A DNA stretch of 64,000 bases. Origin: Octopus vulgaris. Its lineage: Eukaryota. This document shows positions 1-13,121 of the stretch, piece after piece; the first letter of the stretch is position 1, and the number at the start of each line of letters is the position of its first letter. A program made the translations under genes and the position numbers. Below the pieces are notes generated by a model. That model did not search any database. It saw nothing but the letters and a program-made list of their open reading frames with translations, and was not told the origin of the DNA. The stretch covers positions 2,294,001 to 2,358,000 of the forward strand of contig OX597834.1 in NCBI GenBank assembly GCA_951406725.2. The letters run 5' to 3'.

Positions 1-856
1 CCATTCCTGTAATTATTTTCAATTAACATATTTAATGTTATCCACATTAAATATGTTAACACGAACTGACCTATGAATCTATTTAATTAAAATATGTCAA
101 CAGTAACTTAACTATAGTTTTTTTTTTTTATGTAGATGTTAACAGTGAGTTCTAAATACAGAACAGAGATGATGATGATGATGTGAGCAGTTCTGCGAAA
201 GGAGGCAGCAGAAACATTGGATTTCTGATTCTCCTTTGAACTCAAGTTGTCTCTGTCAACCCACAAAACCAGTTGTGTCACTATTCCTATCTCACACGAC
301 TCTGCAAGGAGCAGAGGGCCCGCTTCCCGTTTCTCCCTGGATGGTGCACCAGTCTGTCACAGGCACAACTCATTTTTGCCAGCTGCAACGTGAAATGCAG
401 CAATGTGAAATGAAGAACTTTGCTCAAGAACACAATTATTACCTGGTTCAAGAATTGAAACCACAACCTTACAATCGTGAATTGAACACCCTTACCACTA
501 AGCCAGGTACCTCCACTGTATTTCAGCAAACTGATACACAACACCACTACTGCACCCTCCCCACCCAGTTTGTACTAAAGCGAAGTAAAGGGAATCAATC
601 AGTCGGTGGGTTGAGGGCAATGACTATCAACTGAGAAGAACTGGCAATGTACACCTGAAAGAAAACCTCTTCTGACCCAGACCTGGACCTACAGACACAG
701 AACATGGGCCCTGCATTTATGACTACAAAGAAGGGATACAATTACTAAAGAGCTGACCACAAGGTGGACACAATGGTCATAAACTTGATCCCAAGGTGGA
801 CATAATGGGAATAAATCTAACCCTGAAGTGGACACAGGAGTGACAGATTGACCAAA

Positions 857-1814
857 AAGTGAGTAGCGTTCTTTGTGCAACATGTGGTCAAGCATTGTCT
901 TGCAAGAGAACTGGCCTGTCTCTATTGACCAATCTCAGTTGTTTAATTGCAAGTTCACTCATCATTTCATCCAATCGGTTGATGTATAACATCTGCTGGA
1001 ATTGACTTCCCAGGTGTCATGAAGCTGTACTGGATGACACCAGTGCTGGACCCCCAAACAGACCCCATTTGCTCTGTTTGGTGAATATTCTTTTTTGGAT
1101 TGTGTTTCGACACTTCGTCTCTATCCAACCTCCGTGCAGAATGCTTGCTGTTGTTGAAAAAGAATCCATTTTACATCTCACGTAACAATACAATGCAAAA
1201 ATGGTTCGCTTTTAAGCCACGACCTCAAAGAACAGCAGGTTTCAAGACGACGTCTCATTTGATGCTCGTTCAGTTCATGTGGTACCCACTTGTCCAGCTT
1301 CTTTACCTTGACAATTTGTTTCAGTTGGTCCAGTACAGTTGGAATCAAAACATCAAACCTTGTTGCTAACGTAGTTCGAGATGTCTCTGCTTCCACTACA
1401 GTTTCCACCTCATCATTATCCACTTTGGCCTCAGGTCTACCATGGGGTTGATTTTCAGGAGTAAAGTCACCAGACCGGAACTTCTCAAACCATCGATGTA
1501 CAGTGCGCTTATGCGCCACATCTTCACTAAACACGTCATTTATGTTTCGAGCTGTCTGCGATGCATTGGTTCCACGACGGAACTCGCATTCATAAACAAC
1601 ACGAATTTTTGATCTATCCATGGGTTCACAAAAATTGATTTACAAGAGAAAACTCTCAATATAATCAGACACCATGAATTGCATTTCGAAAAGTGATGGA
1701 TGTCATGTCTTCAATGTTGTAAAACAAAGAATTGTCAGAATAAAACATTAGAGTTGACGACTGTCAAACTTGGTGCAGAAGAAAATCCAGACTTTTCATC
1801 CTTAATGACCTGAT
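857..1814 (-). mobile_element. Mariner DNA transposon, degenerate and 3'-truncated
   Basis: ORF 1621-1178 reads MDRSKIRVVYECEFRRGTNASQTARNIN...WFEKFRSGDF...GRP...KWVPHEL (mariner HTH and WVPHEL motifs). Homology continues through frameshifts to an LLQDNA.PH-like motif near 900. One putative TIR lies near 1790-1814. Confidence 0.9.
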
Positions 1815-3388
1815 GTGTGTGTGTGTGTGTGTGTGGGGGGGAACTACTGTTGTTGCCCAGTCATAGATCATGTAGACCCAGCATCAAAGGCTCTCCAGCT
1901 GAGACCATCTTTATTATCAGGAATAGTGCATCTAGGACTACATTATTCAATGTCTTTGTTTCCCTAATTTAACCCTTTTCTTACCATTTCCCTGTTGAAA
2001 TACACCGTCTTTGATCCAATTAATTTTGAGAATAATGAAGAATTTAGTAAAACAAGGGCACTCAGAGGACGCAAACTTCCACCAGGGCAACACCAACATC
2101 CTCCTAATGATTAGCCAGAGATGATTTTTAAAATGAGAAGATCTAAAATAAACTCGATTGCTCTCTCGAACGAGAATACTAAAAATGAAACCGACTGCTT
2201 TCAAAAATTAAGTAAAAAAAGAAAACAGAAAAATAATCCAGAAACCTTGTCTGGTACCAGATCAATCACAATGGTAGTCATGGGATGTGAAAGTGGCTGT
2301 AGATAATTTAGAAACAATAATAAATAGTTTATCCTTATCTAATACAAGCCAAAGTTAACAAATACACCATTCAAAATAGTTTCAAAGGCAGAGGTAATAA
2401 TAGTAAGTTCCACTCAGGAATTTTTAAATGAATAGCATGAGACCTTTTGGTTTTCTCTTCTCTTAAGTTCCGGCCTTCCTTTAGTATCCCTGTTATTTTA
2501 AAGATTGATGTATAGATGTATGTATATATGCAAGTATACTGTAAAGTGTTAATATCTATGTATAATATATATATTATAAAAATATGTCAGTGTTATTTAA
2601 TTTCTGAATGGTTTTGCTGCTGTTTGTTGATGTAGTTTGGTTTCTTTATCCACCAGTTTCTACTAAGATAGAGACATGAGTAAAATTACTGATAGAGAAA
2701 CGAAAAGAAAACTTTGGAAACAGCCTAAAGGGAGGTAATTGAGAAAGACTTGAAAGTCAACATAAAAACGTAATCATGTAAAGTAAATATAACAAATAAT
2801 AATCCAGAACCCTTGTCTGGTACTGGTTTGATCCCTAAATCTAATCAGTTTGTGCCTGTCACTGCCAAAAGTTTCATCCGAATCCATCCAGCAGTTCTTG
2901 AGACATCTTGTCCATGGACAAACAAATGCAACTGAAAACAATATCTCTGCCTTAGACGAAGGCGGAGGTAATAATGTTGTCCTTATTAACCTGGAGTTTG
3001 GAACATAAATTAATATGAAATTCTGATGGGAGATTTTAACTGCAATCACTTTAAACCCATTCCTGTTAAAATAAAACTGCTTCTGTTCTCATTTTAAAAA
3101 TAATGAAGAATTTTAGTGGAATAATTTTGTTCTCTTTAATCTGGGGATTGGAACATAAATTAACTGGAAATTTTAATGAGGATGAAACAGGAAGTATGTA
3201 TCATAGAAATGGAAAAAGGACGTTACATGATGATGATGATGATGAAGTAGGGGTGGTCTTGGTTGGATTGGAAAAAGGTTACAATGGTAGGGGTTTGTTA
3301 CTTGAGAGAATATTTGGCTGCTATTTCTATTAGGTCCACCACCATTACCATGTAGCAGAGCTGCCCCCACCCCCCACCATTCACCTAC

Positions 3389-3669
3389 CTCTTACTATTA
3401 CTCTCCACAGGTTGTTCCACATTGTGCCAGTCTTCATCCACCTCGGCAACCACCTCCTCTGCAGTTGACAAACCAGGGGCCTTGCTGGTGGTGTCGTTCA
3501 TTTGGTTCATTGAGAAAGCCCTGGCCTTCATTTTCTCATCGAGATCCTTCTGTGTGGGTACAGGAATGCGAGGGAACAGGGTTGAATACCATTCCAATTT
3601 GGTCAACCAATGACGCAGCATCTCACCGATCGTCATACTGTGACCTCCACCGGCCTTCACATCAATTTC
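3389..3669 (-). CDS. PRPF38B: Pre-mRNA-splicing factor 38B, coding exon 5 (EIDVKAGGG...LEWYSTLFPRIPVP...ESNSKR); later RS-rich exon(s) not found in the window
   Basis: AG acceptor 3671-3670 and GTAGGT donor at 3388 (phase 2). The peptide matches the PRP38B motif DVKAGGG..MTIGEMLR..LTKLEW.STLFPRIPVP. Confidence 0.95.
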
Positions 3670-4000
3670 CTGTTGGGAAAAAAGCAAACAATTTTGAAAG
3701 CCCACACAAAAATGAAATAATTTTAAGAGGAGCTTGAGGACTTGTTGGGGCATAAGACTTAAGCTTCAATAAAGTAATACGTCTCCATGCATGTGTGTGT
3801 GTGTGTGTTAGAAAGAATATCCAGTTATAGAAACAATGCACAAATGAAACAGGGTGATCCACCAACCCTAACCAGGAGGAGAGTGGAGAGTCTTGAATAA
3901 GAACCAAGTGTACATGACAATGTGTACAAACCATATCTGCAGGGGAAGTGGATGTAAACACATTAGAAATAAATAATTATCACTGTGTATATTGTATTTA

Positions 4001-4300
4001 GGAGGCACATGGCCTAGTGGTTAGAGCAGTGGACTCGCAGTTGAGGGATCACGGGTTCAAATCTCAGACTGGGTGATGTGTGTGTTTATGAGCGAAACAC
4101 CTAAGCTCCACTCGGCTCCGGCAGAAGGTAATAGCGAACTTCTGCTGACTCTTTCACCACAAACTTTTCTCACTCTTTCCTCCTGCATCTGGCAGCTCAC
4201 CTGCGACAGACAGGTGTCCTGTCCAGGTGGGGAACCTATACACCAAGGAAGCCGGCCCTATGAGCCAGGCGTGGCTCGAGAAGGAACAAACAACAACAAC
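4001..4300 (+). mobile_element. tRNA-derived SINE, family B (GGAGGCACATGGCCTAGTGGTTAG head, (AAC)n tail)
   Basis: A-box TGGCCTAGTGG, B-box GGTTCAAAT and an AAC tail. A near-identical copy lies at 45745-46045. Confidence 0.85.
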
Positions 4301-4705
4301 ATATTGTATTTAACTAGTTTTTGTATTTGGATTAGTTTAGTTGTGGGATGGTGGAGAACGGGGAGGCACAAGGTATGAATGTGTCCTCTCATCTGGAACC
4401 CCTCAGCTGTTGCTGGAATGTCTTCTTAACTGATCAGAGCAGATTTACATCAAAAAGTAATGACAAACTAGACTGCCATCGTCCATAGATGAAGGGATGC
4501 CACATGACCAAAACTCCCCTCCCCCACCACTGCATTTCAAGAGACCACCATTTATAACACCTCCGTTCCTGTCATGCAGTTACCATTGTCCAGCAAAGGA
4601 GAGGACTCCCTATCCATTAACAAAAAAAAACAACAAAAAAACCATAGAGCGTCTCAAAATTGTAGTCATTAACCAATGGCCTTCAGTGGGGTCCTCAACA
4701 GGTCC

Positions 4706-4933
4706 TTACCCTTTAGTGTTCACATTATTCTGCCAAAATTAATCCTTTTTTATCCACATTGTTTTGAACTAATCATGCATTATCTTGTAGCTATGAGATT
4801 TTGATGAGGTAGCTGTTAATTTTTTAAAAGATATTGTAGGGTTGGTGTGAGAGACCAGATCTGGCCAGTTTGAACATAAAACAGGCAGAATACTTTTGGC
4901 TGGATATGGCCGGTTTAGATGCTAAAGGGTTAA
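4706..4933. mobile_element. TTAA-type (piggyBac-like) MITE
   Basis: Ends CCCTTTAG...CTAAAGGG with TTAA at the right end. Related copies near 11120-11290 and 40116-40661, the latter with nested insertions. Confidence 0.6.
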
Positions 4934-5231
4934 GGCAGCCCACTGTACTACCTCAGAGAGGAACACCACTTTGACTCTGTGGCACACTGCGTGACACCAC
5001 ATATAAGCAAATGTGGCAGCTGCCTAAGAATCATAGCAGCCCATCCTACAACATAAGTTGAGTGAATTCACCACCAAAGTAGCAATGGCCAGAGGGTGAT
5101 GTTAATTGGGACGTGGGTTTACGACAGCCCTACCCCTGCTTAGGAGGTATTTTAGTAGTTTGTGTCAATAACAAAAAACAAAACAAACAAACAAAAAAAG
5201 AGAACCTAGAAAGTGTGTTTGGGTTACATAC

Positions 5232-5292
5232 CTCTTCATCGTCCAGATATGGCTCAAACCAATCCCATAATTCCTGAGGTGGCTGAGTAAAC
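5232..5292 (-). CDS. PRPF38B: PRPF38B coding exon 4 (FTQPPQELWDWFEPYLDDEE)
   Basis: 61-nt exon absent from the ORF track. AG acceptor 5294-5293, GTATGT donor at 5231; phases 2 and 0 fit both neighbouring exons. Matches PRP38B YTQPP.DLWDWFE.FLDDEE. Confidence 0.95.
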
Positions 5293-6664
5293 CTGGAGAA
5301 TAAAAAAACAAAACCTCTTTAAGCAAAGAATTCAGAAGAGAGAAAGAGAGGAGTTAGTGAATGAGTGACACATATGATGGGCTTCCACATAGTTTCCACC
5401 TAGCAAATCCCCTCTTGACTTCTGGCTAGAGCCGAAGGTATTTGCCTCAAGCTGCAGCAAAATTCTGAACCACACACCCATGCGTGAGTGGCTGCTTCAA
5501 CACTCTATTATATATATATATGTGTGTGAGTGTGTGTGTTTAGTGATCACATGGGTTTGGGTTCAGTCCCACTGCATGGCACCCTGGGCAAATGCTTTCT
5601 ACTGTAGCCTTGTCAGTGGATTTGGTAGACGGAAACTGAATGAAGCCCATTGTATGTATCTTTGTGTCCGAGTTTGTCCGTTCGCTACTGCTTGACAACT
5701 GGTGTTGGTGTGTTTACATCCCTATAACCTAATGGTTTGGCAAAAGAGATCAACAGGCTTTAAAAAAAACAGAAAAAGTACTGAGGCTGATTTGGATGAC
5801 TAAGAATCCCTCTTAGTGGTGCCCCAGCATGACCAGAGTCTGAAACAAGCAAAAGATGAAATCTGTCTGTGCGTCATGAAAATGTTTCAAGTCTATTTCT
5901 CTAACAAGTATTGTGTCAATCACTTCACATGCCCAGTCTGGTTGGCCGTAGACGAGAACCACAGCTACAAAACTGAAGTGGCCCAGTCCACTGTTAACCA
6001 ATAATTATAGAAGCCAACATGGGAGCCTCTACAGAGTGACACATTTGCTAGAAATAGCAGCAAGTGACCTAGCTGTAAATATGGATCATGAGGTGAGGTA
6101 CAATCGTAAGCAGTGGCAATACTGTAAAGTAGGGAGATGTTTAGTTAGCTTACAGGACAGGGTTCAATTCCTGCAGACATTTGAGACAATCTTTACGGAC
6201 ATAACCGGTGGGGGTCACAGTTGCTGACTCAACATACAAAACCCTCAACGGAATCAACTGAATTGCTAAAAACAACAGCCAAATCACACCATATCTTATA
6301 TAGGAAGGACACATTGTATAAGGTTGTTTAATAATAATTTGGCAGACAAATCAATAAGACATTCCAACCATGATCACATGCCTTATTTCTAGATGCACAA
6401 TGTATCTAGGATGACACTGTCCTTCATCGTTTTTAGAAATCATAGGGTGTGACTCAAGGGAGATTGGCTGGTATTTCAAGCAGCCAAAGTAACCACACAG
6501 AGGCTCCATTATTGGATAATGCAATTCTAGACATACACTCCCACAGGGTGGTCAAGGTAGGCTGGAACTGCTTTGACAACAAGGTTTGTGATAGCAAAGA
6601 GCAAAAGAGTAAGCCCCTCCTCCCCACACAGCTCAAAAAAAAAGAAAAAGAATGTGGTACTGAC

Positions 6665-6816
6665 CTGATGTACATGAACCCTAGGGCTCTGATGTAAGGG
6701 GAGTCTTGGTGACTGATTAAACCATTCACTTGTTTTTTGGTCAACCTCAAAGTAAACAGTTTATAGAGGAGACAAAACGCACTGGAAACAATACCACCAG
6801 CTCCGACGCCTCGCAC
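6665..6816 (-). CDS. PRPF38B: PRPF38B coding exon 3 (VRGVGAGGIVSSAFCLLYKLFTL...SPYIRALGFMYIR)
   Basis: AG acceptor 6818-6817 and GTCAGT donor at 6664. Highly conserved PRP38 domain peptide. Confidence 0.97.
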
Positions 6817-7789
6817 CTGAAACAGACAAGCATCATCATCATGACCACCACCTCTTACAAGTCACAACAGAAACAGATAAACATCACCTCCAACACCTTG
6901 CACCTGAAAGACATCATTACCACTAAATTGTTCTAAAGCAATGTTTCTCAATTACATTTTATCTACAGACCCCCTTTCATTGTTACTTTACTTGGATGGA
7001 CCCCCACCCATCGTCATTGGACCCCAAAGTCAGTTTTGCCCTAGTTTCAATGACTCGATACCCTTCTCAACACCATCCACCCTACAGCATGTACTGGGTG
7101 CTTTTTCCCCCAAGGCAATGGCACAAGTGAGGTCACCAAGTAACTCACAAAGTCCCCTTGACCACTGTGTGCAGTTGAGAGAGAGGGAGAGGGAGAGATT
7201 GCTTCATGCCAGGGGTTGAGAGGCTAATCTGTTTTTTTCCAATGCTACTACAGGTTAAACAAACATATTATCAGCTAGGTTGCCCTTCCTGTCACTAACC
7301 CTCACTTGTTCTTTTGACTAAGAGATCTCTTATTCCAGGTCTTCAAAGGTGCAAAACCAGCAAATGATACTGCTTGTAGCTCAGGGATATTCCAGAGAAT
7401 CCCTGTGACCATTCTCTATGGCAATGCAGTTCTTCAGGGGTGCCCAACCCATTACTCCTTCAACCATGTCTCCTGCTGCTTAATCTCGTTCCCTTTTTCA
7501 TTTTTCTTTGGAGGTGGTCATGGGTGTTTTTCTTTCTTGATAACAGGATTTTTTTATACTTTTACTATCTTTTTTTCTTTTTCTTCCTGTAAAAATGTAA
7601 AAAAATGTCTTTGCAAAGTGTAAAAAAAAAATCATTGTGGTGTGCGGCCGTCAAACCCTCAAATGATAGAAACATTTAAGGAAAAACCATCACTGACATC
7701 AAACAGCAAGAGTGAAAAGAAAGCCTAAAAAAAGCGGGTTTCGAATGGATGCAAACAAAGGAAGAAGGGATAGAGAGAAGAATACTCGC

Positions 7790-7858
7790 CCCACCACACA
7801 TTCCAGTCTGTCCAGCAGTCTTCCGACTTCCTTTCTCCCATGGTTCCAAATGCGACAC
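7790..7858 (-). CDS. PRPF38B: PRPF38B coding exon 2 (VSHLEPWEKGSRKTAGQTGMCGG), ending at a GC donor
   Basis: AG acceptor 7860-7859. 69 nt = 23 codons. The only donor that joins MCGG to VRGVG in phase 0 is GCGAGT at 7789. Confidence 0.93.
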
Positions 7859-8068
7859 CTGGAGGCAAAGAAGCAAACAAGAATAAGTAAAACAACATGT
7901 TACTGCAAAGAGAAGGGGAGACAAATCGTTGAGATAAACTGAAAAGAGAGAGAGAGAGAAAGGCAGATAGATGATAGCGAGAAAAAGTTAGATAGATTGA
8001 TAAGTAGGAGGAGGAGGAGGATAAAATGTGAAAAAAAACACCAGATGAAAATACCTGGAGTCACGTAC

Positions 8069-8224
8069 TTTGTAATAGATCTCATCTATCACTTCATGGT
8101 AAGTTTTCAGTTCATAGAGATTGACCTTGAAGTAAGGGGATGATTGTATGTTGGTCAGGATTAAAGTATTAAGGTTCATCGTCTTCTCATTGCCCCATAT
8201 TGACAGAGGGTTGTTAGGGGCCAT
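8069..8224 (-). CDS. PRPF38B: PRPF38B first coding exon (MAPNNPLSIWGNEKTMNLN...YHEVIDEIYYK); the exon starts at 8259 with 5'UTR
   Basis: ATG at 8224 with an in-frame TGA upstream at 8251. Acceptor TTTCCCAG after a long polypyrimidine tract, GTACGT donor at 8068. WGNEKTMNLN motif of PRPF38B. Confidence 0.95.
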
Positions 8225-8490
8225 TCTCCCAACACTCACCTCTTTTGATCACCTCCAACCTGGGAAAAGTTACCAAAAAAAAAAAAAAAAAAAGGAAAAG
8301 AAAAAAAAAGAGAAAAAGAGAACGATATAAAAAAATAAACAAAACTGGAATTCTGGGCTGAAAAACAAGAGAAAAATCTCGAAGCAGCTGGTCAGTTATT
8401 GACCAGCACTGTGGACACTGGACACATTGTGATCATCTACTTTACAATAGAAATCCATAACAAAATCTGCTACGAAGCCCTTGTTTTAAA

Positions 8491-8710
8491 GCTGTGGTCC
8501 CCAACCTGTTCTTTTTGCCCTTCAACCCCTTTCATTCCTCCTTAAGCCATTTGAGGTTTAACAATCCTTTTAGTTTTAGGATTAAATATTATTAGGAATT
8601 GTATCGAAATTTTTTTTAATATTTTGTGTATTGTCGAAGTGTAACAATTTATTGCAGGTAAATTTAGAGGGACGTCGAAGGGCCATGTGGACCCAGGTTG
8701 GGAAGCACTG
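8491..8710. mobile_element. hAT-type MITE (CAGTG-like ends)
   Basis: Imperfect TIRs and 8-bp flanks TTTTAAAG/CTTTAAAG. Homologous to 14702-14960 and about 18945-19175. Confidence 0.6.
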
Positions 8711-9718
8711 CTTTAAAGTCTTGCCCTAGTTTAGTCCTGATCTAATAGACTCAATGGCAAAAAGATGTTCCAACCATGGCCATGCTGTGCATTTTAATCA
8801 AGTGGTCAATTAGTGGAGTCGTTAGATAGAATGCCTCATGATACTGGTGCCAATTCTGTGTTCTGGGATCAAATCCAGGTGATGTCGATTTTGCCTTTCA
8901 TTGTTTCAAGTTCAAAAAGTACCAATCAAGGAAGAAGGAAAGGTGAAAGTGTTAGAAGTATGGGAGCAGGATGGCCTGATGCCTTGTGGTATTCATTCTG
9001 ATAGCAACACCTCAAATGACACGGGTCCCCAGCTGTATTGGTCTTTCCTTTGGAATGGAAAGAGAGAGAGAGAGGCCGGTATACATGGGTCACTCACCAA
9101 TCTTCCTCGACATAATCTTGTTCCGGCTGGTCCCAAACACTTATGTGAGGGTACATGGTCAGAATTGACCAACAGAGACATTGTTTAGCCCTAGGTTAGT
9201 CCTGACCTAACAGATCTGTGATCAAAGAGACTCCTGATATGACTATCCTGACTTGTATTCAGACAGTGTTCCTAGGACCTTATTATCTTGTCTTCTGACT
9301 CTTTAACCCCAGGTCAACTCTGTCTCAGTAAACTCATGCTCATATGCATTCCAGCCATGACCATCCCTTTTTTTTTTATTAAGAAATAGGATACCTAGAA
9401 CTGTAGTGTCAATGTATCTTAGTTTTTTTTTCAAGATGGTATGGTGTAACTTGAGGGAGATTTGGCTGTTATTTCTAGCAAGTCACATTAGTTCAGGTTT
9501 GGCAGAATCTCTGTCTGGTTGCATTGTAACTTCTTTCTCAGTTTTACGTCATTTTGGGTGTGGATTGAACAATAGTAATTACTCCTCTTCAGATACCATG
9601 TTGGTCGGCACCAACACCATGACACCCCCCCCTCAACACTCCTTCTCTAGCATCTAGGTAATAATACTCCATCCTGCTTGCATCTTCTCTGCCACAGAAA
9701 GTTTCAAATCCAATACAA

Positions 9719-9966
9719 CATCATCATCGTTTAACGTCCGTTCTCCATGCTAGCATGGGTTGGATGGTTCGACCGGGGATCTGGGAAGCCAGAAGGCTGC
9801 ACCAGGCTCCAGTCTGATCTGGCAATGTTTCTACAGCTGGATGCCCTTCCTAATGCCAACCACTCCGTGAGTGTAGTGGGTGCTTTTTACGTGCCACCTG
9901 CACTGGTGCCAGACGAGGCTGGCATCGGCCACGGTCGGATTGGTGCATTTTACGTGCCACCTGCAC
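9719..9966 (-). mobile_element. Solo RTE-LINE 3' tail (GAT-repeat end)
   Basis: Same sequence as the 3'UTR of the RTE at 21570-22875. Further copies near 12040, 16330, 17806, 20530, 23900, 36583, 37008, 40278 and 49200. Confidence 0.85.
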
Positions 9967-10519
9967 GGACAACGATTATAATTGCTACATGATAGACTTT
10001 ACAGAATTCTTGCATATTTTTACTGCTCCACTTACAGACCATCTCTTTCAAAAGTGTGTCAGATGGCCTCTTCCACTGCTTGCAAACCCTGGCTTCGTCA
10101 GATTGCCACTTAAACATTTACAAGCACAACTAAGTATACTGATGATTATTGGTAGCAGATTAGAAACTGAATCACTGGATGACTGAGCAGACACCACGGT
10201 GAGACCACTGGTGTCTTGCATGATTGGTTGCCAAGCCATTGCATGATCCAACACTTTAGAACTTTCTCATTGGACCCTATATAAAGGTAGTTTGGGGGCA
10301 GTTGCTTGACATCTCCATTCTCAAGGCAGGCAGAACACACACATTTTGTCACCGTGACTATAGTGTGATTGTTTTCCAGTTGTGAAGGGCCAGCCACAGA
10401 TTGCTTTAACCATTCAGATTACTGTCAAATGTAAGGCCTGTTTATTCACATTCTGTTCAATTAATCACACATTATTTTGTAGCCTTGAAATTTGGATGAT
10501 AATATATTGTTACAATGAC

Positions 10520-10897
10520 AGTGGCACATAAAGGCACCATTCGAGTGTGGTTGATGCCAGTGCCAGCCGACTGGTCCCGTGCTGGTGGCACATAAAAAGG
10601 CACCATTCGAGTGTGGTTGATGCCAGTGCCAGCCGACTGGTCCCGTGCTGGTGGCACATAAAAAGGCACCATTCGAGTGTGGTTGATGCCAGTGCCAGCC
10701 GACTGGTCCTGTGCTGGTGGCACGTAAAAAGGCACCATTCGAGTGTGGTTGATGCCAGTGCCGGCCGACTGGTCCCGTGCTGGTGGCACATAAAAAGGCA
10801 CCATTCGAGTGTGGTTGATGCCAGTTGCTGCCTGACTAGTCCCATGCTGGTGGCAGCATGCCAGCATCGAAAGCAGATGTTAAACGATGATGATGAT
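10520..10897 (+). repeat. About 5.5 tandem copies of a 63-bp unit inside an RTE 3' tail
   Basis: Unit GTGGCACATAAAAAGGCACCATTCGAGTGTGGTTGATGCCAGTGCCAGCCGACTGGTCCCGTGCTG-like, followed by the RTE terminus GTTAAACGATGATGATG. Confidence 0.9.
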
Positions 10898-12889
10898 GTT
10901 GTAGGGTAGGTGTGAGAGGCTGGATCTGGCCAGTTTGAACCTAAAACAAGTTTGCTGGGTATCAAGAATTGTAGTTTCTCTAAGAAGAGAAAATAACTGA
11001 TGTTTTAATTGGCCCTTTTGGTACGAACCTCCTTGAGACTGCCCGGTGCCCACTGATACAAACGTTCTGTTTCAAAGGGATCCCCACCAAATGTCCATGT
11101 TAATTTATGACCCAGGCCTCACCCTTTAGTCTCCACATTCCCCTGTCAACTGCAAGGCTTATTTATTCAAATGGTTTTCAACTAATCCCACATTATCTTG
11201 TGGCTTTGAGATATGTTACAATGACATTGTAGGGTGTCAGAGGCTGGGTATCTTGCCTGGATGCGGCTGGTTTAGATGCTGAAGAGTTAGTAATAAAAAT
11301 TATTTTACTAAATTCTTTGTTTTCGATTGAAATAAAGGCAGAATGTTTCAACAGGATTACGAAAGGGTTATAAACCCTTGATGATGGTGGTGTAAGGTGT
11401 TGAAGGTAATGGCTAGTGGAGATGAGAAAGGAACAACTGGGTTATTTAGTAGGGGTAGCAAGTAGATGAGGAGAGATGTATGGGTATAGGGAAAGAGAGA
11501 GGGGAAGGAAGGGTAAAGAGATACCTTGAGAAATTGTGGGGGTCATCAGTCTATCAGAGGCACATGCTCCGATCTGGTCTCTCTCAGTGAGGTTAAACTG
11601 AAATGTACAGAATCAGAATTTAGTGTTGTCTTTCAGCAATAGTTTCAAAGGTAAATCACAGGTGTGGTTAACAGGTGGGGCAGCAAGACACATTATATTC
11701 CCTGGAAACAAAATGGTATCGTGTGTGTGTGCCTGCCTTACAGTAGTGGGGAAAAGGTAAACAGAGGAAAGTAAGAGATGAGATGCTGATAAGAGTGGGT
11801 CTCCCTCATCACACATTACCATCTTTAAAAAAAAGGGAAGGATGGTCACTGTTGGAATGGCTTAGAACAGTTTGTGCTATCAAGGCTGTTCTGGTGCCAT
11901 AAAACAAGACTAAACTTGGTTATGAATTCCCAAATGCTAACAAGCTTCACCAACAAACAGAATCCTCGACCATCTTCTGTACTTTGCCCAGTCCTCTTCC
12001 ACATCAGGTGATGATACACACCTCTTGGCTTACATCACCATCATTTAATGCCTGTTTCCCATGCTGGCAAGACCAGGGGCCATGCCAGGCTCCATTTTTC
12101 ACCTTTAGCATGGTTTCTACAGCTGGATGTCCTTCCAAATGCCAACCATTTTACAGAGTGTTCTGGATGTTCTATAAATGGCACCAGGCACCTGTGCTTT
12201 TTATGTGACACCAGCACCGTAAAATGTCTCCACCAAAACTCCACGTTAATTCATGTTCTGAACACCAGATTAATAACGACAAAATTATTTTAATAAACTT
12301 TTCAGTGTTTCCAAATTGAAATAAAAGCAGTTGATTTCAAAAGGGTTAATGACAATTTATAAATGGAAACATCAACAAGAAGGGGGGGGGGGATACTTAA
12401 TGGACTACTTAGGCATAGGTGTGGCTGCATAGTAAGAAGTTAGCCTTCCAACCACACGGTCTCCGGTTCAGTCCCACTGATGGCACTTTGGGAAAGTGTC
12501 TTCTACTACAGCCCCAGATCAAAGCCTTGTGAGTGGATTCTGTAGAGGGAAACTGAAAGAAGCTCATTGTGTGTGTGTGTGTCTGTGTGTATTACAGTCT
12601 CCTTGTCTTGATTTTGTGTGAGTCCGTAAACGAACATCACTGTCATACAAGTAAAATCCTTCATTTCTAGTCTTTCATGAAAACATGTCAAGCCATGGGG
12701 AAATATTACCTTATTTTGGAAACAGGTGAATGTTGGTGACAGGAAGGGTATCCAGCTGTACAAACTCTGCTGTAAATATACTCTGTCCGACCCATGCAAG
12801 CATGGAAAAGTGGACATTAAATGATGATAAAAGGCAGTGCACTTCAACAGAAATACAATAAAATAAGAATCAATGGTATTTGTAAATAT

Positions 12890-13078
12890 ATGGGAGTGGC
12901 TGTGAGGTAAGAAACTTGCTTCCCAATCACATGGTTCCGGGTTCAGTCCCACTGTGTGACACTTCAGGCAAGTGTCTTCTACTATAGCCTTGGGCCAACC
13001 AAAGCCTTGGGCCAACCAAAGCCTTGGGCCAACCAAAGCCTTGTCAGTTTTGGTAGATGGAAACTGAAAGAAGCCTGT

Positions 13079-13121
<43 letters not shown>

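Noticed and set aside
650-700. Short RSRSGSEE-like segment as the next PRPF38B exon
   Set aside because: An AG is present in a compatible phase, but the segment is too short and is not followed by RS-rich sequence, so it cannot be supported.
10520-10860. Regular repeat array as a CRISPR or coding repeat
   Set aside because: Head-to-tail units with no unique spacers, inside an RTE tail in eukaryotic DNA. The repetitive ORFs arise only because the unit length is a multiple of 3.
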